A stretch of DNA of 63,942 nt, the filler included, from an uncultured Acidimicrobiia bacterium (GTDB taxonomy: Bacteria; Actinomycetota; Acidimicrobiia; Spongiisociales; JAOTWH01): assembly GCA_964347285.1 (NCBI GenBank). It is 5 parts of 5 records of this genome, joined end to end, with 100 filler letters (N's around TTAATTAATTAA, not from the genome) between each part and the next. Parts side by side here need not be neighbours in the genome. Positions count along the whole stretch, not along the records: positions 47,400 to 61,515 come from CAYFYE010000064.1; positions 61,616 to 63,942 come from CAYFYE010000171.1; 3 more parts are not named here. The stretch is one strand, 5' to 3'. Numbering within the stretch: position 1 is the stretch's first letter; every line of letters begins with the position of its first letter. The translations under genes and the position numbers were made by a program. The notes under the pieces were generated by a model. That model did no database searches. It had not been told where the DNA came from and saw only the letters and a program-made list of their open reading frames with translations. Below are positions 58,810-63,942 of this stretch, one piece after another.

Positions 58810-59871
58810 ATGGGCATGCGACCCCCGAGTCCGGGGCCCTTGGTTCCGTTCATGCTGAGAGCCGACGTCCTCGACCGGATGCTCAACCTGGAAATCGCCG
58901 ACAACCCGTTCTACGCAGGCCTGGAGATCCAGGGACTCGACGACCCCCGGCACGGAACCGGGGTCGTGGTCTTCTTCGACCGCAAGCCGGATCGGAAGAT
59001 CGACGTCTACTACGAGAAGGGGCTGCAGCTCGAACCCGAACGGTACGCAATCGGCGGTGGCCTGGGTGAATGGGTCGAGACGGATTTCGAGGTCGCCCGC
59101 TTGTCCGTTGCTGCCGACGGGATCGACGCCGAAGCGCGGTTCACGGACGTCAAGGGTCGTCCCATAGAGCTCCGCATCGCCGACCGGCACAAACGCCGGC
59201 ATTGGGCCACTTTCCTCGCCCCGGGAGGCGCGGCCATCACCGACCCGAAGAGCCTGCCCCTTTGGTGGATGACCCGGTTCGACCTCCTGCGGCGCGGCCG
59301 AACTGCCCCGGTCATACGCATCGACGGCAGGGACGCCACCCCGGGACGCCTCCCGGCCGAGCGGCTGATGCGCCGCCGCCTCATCAAGGTCGCCGCCGAC
59401 CTCTGCCTCGTCGACCTCAATCCTGCCGGCGGGGACCCCAGCACGAGCGACAACCAGATCGTCGCCTCGTCGCGAGGAGTGGAGACGATCGCTACCGATG
59501 CCGGCGACCACTGGGTCACGGTGCGGTTCGACCCGCCGTTCCCCGACCTCGCCGAGGCACCGCACCCCGAGAGCGGTGCGTGGCGGCTCTCCATCGACTC
59601 TCAGCCCATCATCGGGGGGATGTGGACCGCAGCCCGTGACGGTGATGCCGTCCGCGTCGGGATCGACGTCACTCAGGGCTGGCGCCCACGGGAGCTGCCG
59701 ATGCTGATGAGCATTGTCACGAGGGTGCTGCCGGTGTTCCGCACCTGGCCGACGACGTACCGCTGGCGCGGCAGCGTACGACCGGGCGACACACCGACCG
59801 CGACGGGCGGTTGGGAACGCATCGGCGACGAGCGGGGGCAATCCTTCCGCACCGCCACCAAGTCCGCCTAG
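58810..59871 (+). CDS. Hypothetical protein
   Basis: 353-aa ORF with strong coding bias; no family recognised. Confidence 0.75.
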   Translation: MGMRPPSPGPLVPFMLRADVLDRMLNLEIADNPFYAGLEIQGLDDPRHGTGVVVFFDRKPDRKIDVYYEKGLQLEPERYAIGGGLGEWVETDFEVARLSVAADGIDAEARFTDVKGRPIELRIADRHKRRHWATFLAPGGAAITDPKSLPLWWMTRFDLLRRGRTAPVIRIDGRDATPGRLPAERLMRRRLIKVAADLCLVDLNPAGGDPSTSDNQIVASSRGVETIATDAGDHWVTVRFDPPFPDLAEAPHPESGAWRLSIDSQPIIGGMWTAARDGDAVRVGIDVTQGWRPRELPMLMSIVTRVLPVFRTWPTTYRWRGSVRPGDTPTATGGWERIGDERGQSFRTATKSA

Positions 59872-60213
59872 CTTCGCGGCATTGGCAGGGCAGGGGCGCG
59901 AAGCTTCGTCGCCTCTACGCCGCCTGGGCGGCCGACGCGCTAGCGACGCCTTTCGCGCAAGGGCATGTGCACTCCCTCTCATGCTCTTGGAGCGACAGGG
60001 GACTTCGTGGAGTCCCCCGGCATCACCTCCCCGGCCGCTATACGCGTAGCCGCCGCGGCGGACATCTGCTCTTGGGTGTGGTCAGTCTCGGCCGGTCCCG
60101 TGCCGTCAAAGCTGCCGATCGGCCACATCGCCCTGGGGTGGTCGATGGACCGGGTGGTGTCGGCCCTCCCGTTTTTGGGCGATCATTGAGGGAAGCGGGA
60201 GGAGGTCAATGTC

Positions 60214-61506
60214 GTGATGAGTTCTTCCGAGAATCCGCCGCTCACGTCGCCGGAACCGTTGCTGGATGAGGCGTTTGCCGCAGCGCTTGCAAGCTGGTCG
60301 GGGCTGGTGCGTTCTGGTCGCGATCTGGCATTCCCGCTCCCGGGTCGGTTCATAGCCCCGGGCGGGTTCTTCGATTGGTTCTTCTACTGGGATTCCTGTT
60401 TCACGGTGCTCGGGTTGACGGCATGTGGACGGTGGCAGCTCGCCAGGGAGCTGGTGGACGGCATGGTGGCCGAGGTTGAGGAGTTCGGCATGGTGCCGAA
60501 CTACAACTCGCAGAGAACGGTGTGCCGCTCCCGCTCCCAGCCGCCGCTCCTCACCGACGCGATTGTCGAGGTGTGGCCGTCCGTGATGGATCGAGCGTGG
60601 CTGGGACGCGCTGTGGCAGCGGCGACGATCGAGTACGAGGAGTATTGGACGAGGGAGCCGCATCTGACCGACCTCGGTCTATCTCGCTATGTCGATCTGA
60701 CCGGCGAAGGTTGCGGGACGGTGCCGGATACGCCACACCATCGCGCCATGGCCGAATCGGGGTGGGACAACACCAATCGATTCGGCAGCGACACTTCCAA
60801 TGTGGTTCCCATTGACCTCAACGCGCTGTTGTTCCGCTACGAGACCGAGCTTGGCCTTCTCTGCCAGCTGCTCGGTGACGATGACGGAGTCTCGGTGTGG
60901 GCGGCGCGGGCAGGGGAGCGGCGCAAGCGGATCACCGAACTCTGTTGGGCCGAGGACGCGGGTTGGTTCCACGACGTGAGCCTCGACACCGGTCGGTGGC
61001 TCGAAGGCACTCCGAGGTCCCTGGCCTCATTCGTTCCGCTGTGGGCCGGATTGGCAACCGACGAGCAGGCTGCGCAACTGGTCGACCATCTCCCGGTCTT
61101 CGAAGCAGCGCACGGCTTGACGGCGACCGAGCCGGGACCAGATAACGACACGGAACACAGCTGGCCAACCGGATGGGCGTACTCGCATTGGTTCGTCTGT
61201 GAGGGTCTCCGCCGATACGGCCACAACCAGCAGAGTCAGCGAATCGCCCTGAAATGGCTGCGGCGGGTCGCCGAGGTCTACGCCGAGACCGGCGAGTTCT
61301 TGGAGCGCTACAACGTGGTCGATCCCGCAGGACCGACCCCGGGCCGCTATCGGCCCCAACCCGGTTTCGCATGGACCAACGCCGTGTTCATCGCGCTCAT
61401 CGTCCGGGTGATCTTCGGACGGCAGCCCGACGGGCAGCAATCTGGTTCCCTGCCGGAGCGTTGGGTCCACCGGGCCGAGCTGAACCTCTCGGGCTTTCCG
61501 GGCTAG
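60214..61506 (+). CDS. Trehalase-family glycosidase (GH37)
   Basis: FYWDS, RSQPP, AESGWD, PIDLN, LERYNV, GFAWTN. Confidence 0.9.
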   Translation: MMSSSENPPLTSPEPLLDEAFAAALASWSGLVRSGRDLAFPLPGRFIAPGGFFDWFFYWDSCFTVLGLTACGRWQLARELVDGMVAEVEEFGMVPNYNSQRTVCRSRSQPPLLTDAIVEVWPSVMDRAWLGRAVAAATIEYEEYWTREPHLTDLGLSRYVDLTGEGCGTVPDTPHHRAMAESGWDNTNRFGSDTSNVVPIDLNALLFRYETELGLLCQLLGDDDGVSVWAARAGERRKRITELCWAEDAGWFHDVSLDTGRWLEGTPRSLASFVPLWAGLATDEQAAQLVDHLPVFEAAHGLTATEPGPDNDTEHSWPTGWAYSHWFVCEGLRRYGHNQQSQRIALKWLRRVAEVYAETGEFLERYNVVDPAGPTPGRYRPQPGFAWTNAVFIALIVRVIFGRQPDGQQSGSLPERWVHRAELNLSGFPG

Positions 61507-61515
61507 TCGGTTCCG

Positions 61516-61615
61516 NNNNNNNNNNNNNNNNNNNNNNNNNNNNNNNNNNNNNNNNNNNNTTAATTAATTAANNNNNNNNNNNNNNNNNNNNNNNNNNNNN
61601 NNNNNNNNNNNNNNN
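61516..61615. other. Artificial contig linker
   Basis: N run + TTAATTAATTAA + N run. Confidence 0.98.
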
Positions 61616-61616
61616 C

Positions 61617-62297
61617 CCCACCGACGGCTACGCCACCCCTGAGGCCGTCGCCCAGGGCTATGCCCGGGCCGCTTCGGCCATGGGCGCCGGCATCGTCCAG
61701 GGCTGCCCGGTGGAGGAGATCCTGGTGGACGGCCGACGAGTGCGCGGGGTCGCCACACCACGGGGCACGGTGGCCGCCGACCGGGTGGTATGCGCCGCCG
61801 GAGTGTGGTCGGTGGAGCTGGCGGGTGCGGTCGAAGTGCACCTCCCGGTACGAGCCGAGCGGCGCAACGTGTTCCTGACCGGCCCCGGCGACCTGCTCCC
61901 CCGGGAACTCCCGTTGACGATCGACTTCGCCACAGGCTTCTACTTCCAACGCGAAGGGAACGGCCTGCTCTTCGGAGGCCCTCACCCCTCGCTCGAGGAG
62001 CTCGCCCCGGATGCCACCCGGCGCCTTCCGGCGCTCACCGACCTGGAGATCCGACCGGGATGGTGGGGCTACTACGCCATGAGCCCCGATCACAACGCCA
62101 TCGTCGGCGCCGCCCGATCGCCCGACGGCCTCTTGTATGCCAGCGGCTTCTCAGGTCACGGCTTCCAGCAGAGTCCGGTCGTCGGCGAGTACCTGGCCGA
62201 CCTGGCGCTCGACCGGGAACCCGCGTTCGACCTGAGCGCCTTCGCCCTGGAGCGATTCGAAGCCGACGATCTGCGGCCGGAGGCACACGTCGTCTGA
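61617..62297 (+). CDS. FAD-dependent oxidoreductase (sarcosine oxidase beta-like), 5' truncated
   Basis: DGYATP, VCAAGVWS, SPDHNAIVG, GFSGHGFQQSP. Confidence 0.9.
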   Translation, partial: PTDGYATPEAVAQGYARAASAMGAGIVQGCPVEEILVDGRRVRGVATPRGTVAADRVVCAAGVWSVELAGAVEVHLPVRAERRNVFLTGPGDLLPRELPLTIDFATGFYFQREGNGLLFGGPHPSLEELAPDATRRLPALTDLEIRPGWWGYYAMSPDHNAIVGAARSPDGLLYASGFSGHGFQQSPVVGEYLADLALDREPAFDLSAFALERFEADDLRPEAHVV

Positions 62298-62298
62298 C

Positions 62299-62844
62299 TC
62301 AGTTGAGCCGCGGGTCGGGCGGGTAATCGGCGAAGAAGGCCAGCTCGTTGCGCTGCCGCCGCAGCACTCGTCGCCACAGGCCGTCGGGGGCGTTGCTGAA
62401 CGGATCGTCGGGAGCGGCCTCGACGACGAACCAGTCGCCGACCGCTATTTCCATGTCGAGCTGGCCCGCCGACCAACCGGCGTAGCCGCTGAACACCCGC
62501 AGATCCTCGACACCGGCTACGTCCCCCGGCGGAGCGGAGAGGTCCACCAGGCCGGTGTCCTCGCCTACGGGCGACCAACCGTCGATGGCCTCGGGCGGAC
62601 CGTGCCGGCCCAGGCCCACTGCCGTTTCGGGCTGTACCGGACCGCCTACGAAGACCACCTCAGGATCGACGAGGCGGGACACCCAATCGGGCAGGTACTC
62701 CCCCACCGCCACGTCGGTGGGCCGGTTCAACACCAGCCCGAGGGATCCTTCGTCGTTGTCCTCACACACGAACACCACGGTTCTGTAAAAGTTGGGATCG
62801 ACCAGCGACGGCGAGGCGACCAGCAGCTTCCCCTGAACGGTCAT
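62299..62844 (-). CDS. YqgE/AlgH family protein
   Basis: GKLLVASP.LVDPNF.RTV, GLVLNRP, GGPV, GYAGW..GQL..E. Confidence 0.93.
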   Translation of the reverse strand: MTVQGKLLVASPSLVDPNFYRTVVFVCEDNDEGSLGLVLNRPTDVAVGEYLPDWVSRLVDPEVVFVGGPVQPETAVGLGRHGPPEAIDGWSPVGEDTGLVDLSAPPGDVAGVEDLRVFSGYAGWSAGQLDMEIAVGDWFVVEAAPDDPFSNAPDGLWRRVLRRQRNELAFFADYPPDPRLN

Positions 62845-62898
62845 GACCCCATCTTGCCAGCTCGACTCGCAAGGAGGATCGTCGCTACAGTCGCGGCC

Positions 62899-63285
62899 AT
62901 GACGGCGCTGGATGGAGTCGTGAGAGAGCTGGCCGAGGTGGCCCTCGAGCTCGACCGGCTTCCCTCGGAGGATTCCCGGCGGCCCGACCTGGAAGAGCGC
63001 CGGCGGGAGTTGAAGGACGAAGCCGCCCGACTGTCCGGCGGCACTCTGGTGGCCGAGCTCCGCCGTGAGCTGGCGACGCTCGAGGCGCAGCGGGAACAGC
63101 TGGAAGGGCGCCACGTCGACATGTCGGGGGGCGGATTCCTGGGGGGCGACGCCGGCTTCAGCTCCGACGCCCAGCGCCTCAACCGCCGGATCGACGAGGC
63201 CGCCGGCCGGGAGGCCTTGGAAGCGCGGATCACCGAGCTGCACAGCCGTCTGGAGCGACTGAAAGCGAGGAACGCCTGTGAGTGA
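62899..63285 (+). CDS. Hypothetical coiled-coil protein
   Basis: Heptad-rich ORF divergent from yqgE. Confidence 0.65.
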   Translation: MTALDGVVRELAEVALELDRLPSEDSRRPDLEERRRELKDEAARLSGGTLVAELRRELATLEAQREQLEGRHVDMSGGGFLGGDAGFSSDAQRLNRRIDEAAGREALEARITELHSRLERLKARNACE

Positions 63286-63400
63286 GCACGGAGACGCCGA
63301 GCGCCGACGGAGCGACCGTCGCTCCCAACAGGATCGGCGCCGGGGGGAACGCCGCCGGGAAGACCGCCCCGTCGACGAGGATCGGCGCAGTGGCGAAGAT

Positions 63401-63441
63401 CGCCGCGGCGGCCGGGACCGCCGCGGCGGCCGGGACCGCCG
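63401..63441. repeat. Short 18-bp tandem duplication
   Basis: cgccgcggcggccgggac x2. Confidence 0.8.
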
Positions 63442-63450
63442 CCAGTCGGA

Positions 63451-63942
63451 CTAACCCAGCTCTCGAAGACGCTCCACCAACAATCCGAAGTAGCCCTCGT
63501 CGTCCACATATCGCATGACCATGCAGTTGGACTCGAGCCCACTCAGTCCCCACCAGTCGACGACGGTCATGCCCATCGTCAGCTCCGACCAGGTTTCGAT
63601 GCGAACGTTGCAGTCCCGCCCGCTGAACAGGTCGGGAGCGAGCAGGTAGGCGATCACGCAGGGGTCGTGGAGCGGAGCCCCACCGGTCCCGTACTTGGCC
63701 GTGTCGTAACGCTCGAAGAACTCCAGCATCCCGTGCACGGCCTCCCCCACCGGGGTCCCCAGCTCGCGAAATCGAGCATTGCGCTCCGGAGACGTCAGCG
63801 CCCGGTGGGTGACGTCCAGAGGAAACATCGCCAGCGGCACCCCGGAGGTGAACACGATATCGGCGGCGTGTGGATCGACGTAGATGTTGAACTCGGCCGC
63901 CGGAGTGGTGTTGCCCCCTTCGAAGAACCCTCCCCCCATGAG
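63451..63942 (-). CDS. Nucleoside hydrolase (IUNH), 5' part outside window
   Basis: MGG...GN.TPAAEFNIYVDPHAA, PLDVTH, PLHDP, GMTVVD. Confidence 0.95.
   Translation of the reverse strand, partial: LMGGGFFEGGNTTPAAEFNIYVDPHAADIVFTSGVPLAMFPLDVTHRALTSPERNARFRELGTPVGEAVHGMLEFFERYDTAKYGTGGAPLHDPCVIAYLLAPDLFSGRDCNVRIETWSELTMGMTVVDWWGLSGLESNCMVMRYVDDEGYFGLLVERLRELG

Noticed and set aside
59872..60213. Small ORFs or riboswitch upstream of trehalase
   Set aside because: No recognisable protein or RNA motif.
63282..63450. Ala-rich ORFs around the 18-bp duplication
   Set aside because: Low complexity, overlap flanking genes, no convincing start.

Overview
High-GC actinobacterial DNA, most consistent with Acidimicrobiia (inferred from gene content: Bpa, homodimeric AceE, MMPL, Rex, PolX-PHP, split cytochrome b). 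It is not one locus. Five contigs are joined by artificial 100-bp N/TTAATTAATTAA linkers (16334-16433, 32440-32539, 47300-47399, 61516-61615), so adjacency across these means nothing. Contig 1: GbsR-ABC exporter, diheme cytochrome c lipoprotein, MMPL, rhomboid, aceE, a decayed mosaic region (10.1-11.8 kb) and a GlcDEF-like/FAD oxidoreductase operon. Contig 2: b6-type split Rieske/cytochrome b operon, rex, polX, a GGDEF-EAL gene and a pilin-like gene each behind a sigma-28-type promoter, bpa, a B12-binding HTH regulator and a GerMN lipoprotein. Contig 3: CAP pseudogene, acs, dehydratase, orphan SBP, PAP2-kinase fusion, a YLDPG-peptide/NoeA-like/sulfatase-like operon and class II photolyase. Contig 4: catabolic cluster (hydrolases, ADH, amidohydrolase, DRE-TIM/M24/PEP-utilising operon) and trehalase. 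Contig 5: FAD oxidoreductase, YqgE/AlgH and nucleoside hydrolase. Best leads not in the ORF track: (1) two tandem paralogous ~39-aa RiPP-precursor-like genes with a YxxP...GxxxxxT leader at 11065-11540; (2) matched sigma-28 promoters linking a c-di-GMP enzyme and a pilin-like gene. Also notable is the kinase-methyltransferase/sulfatase-like/YLDPG module. No rRNA, tRNA or CRISPR array was seen. All assignments come from motif recognition by eye, not database searches.
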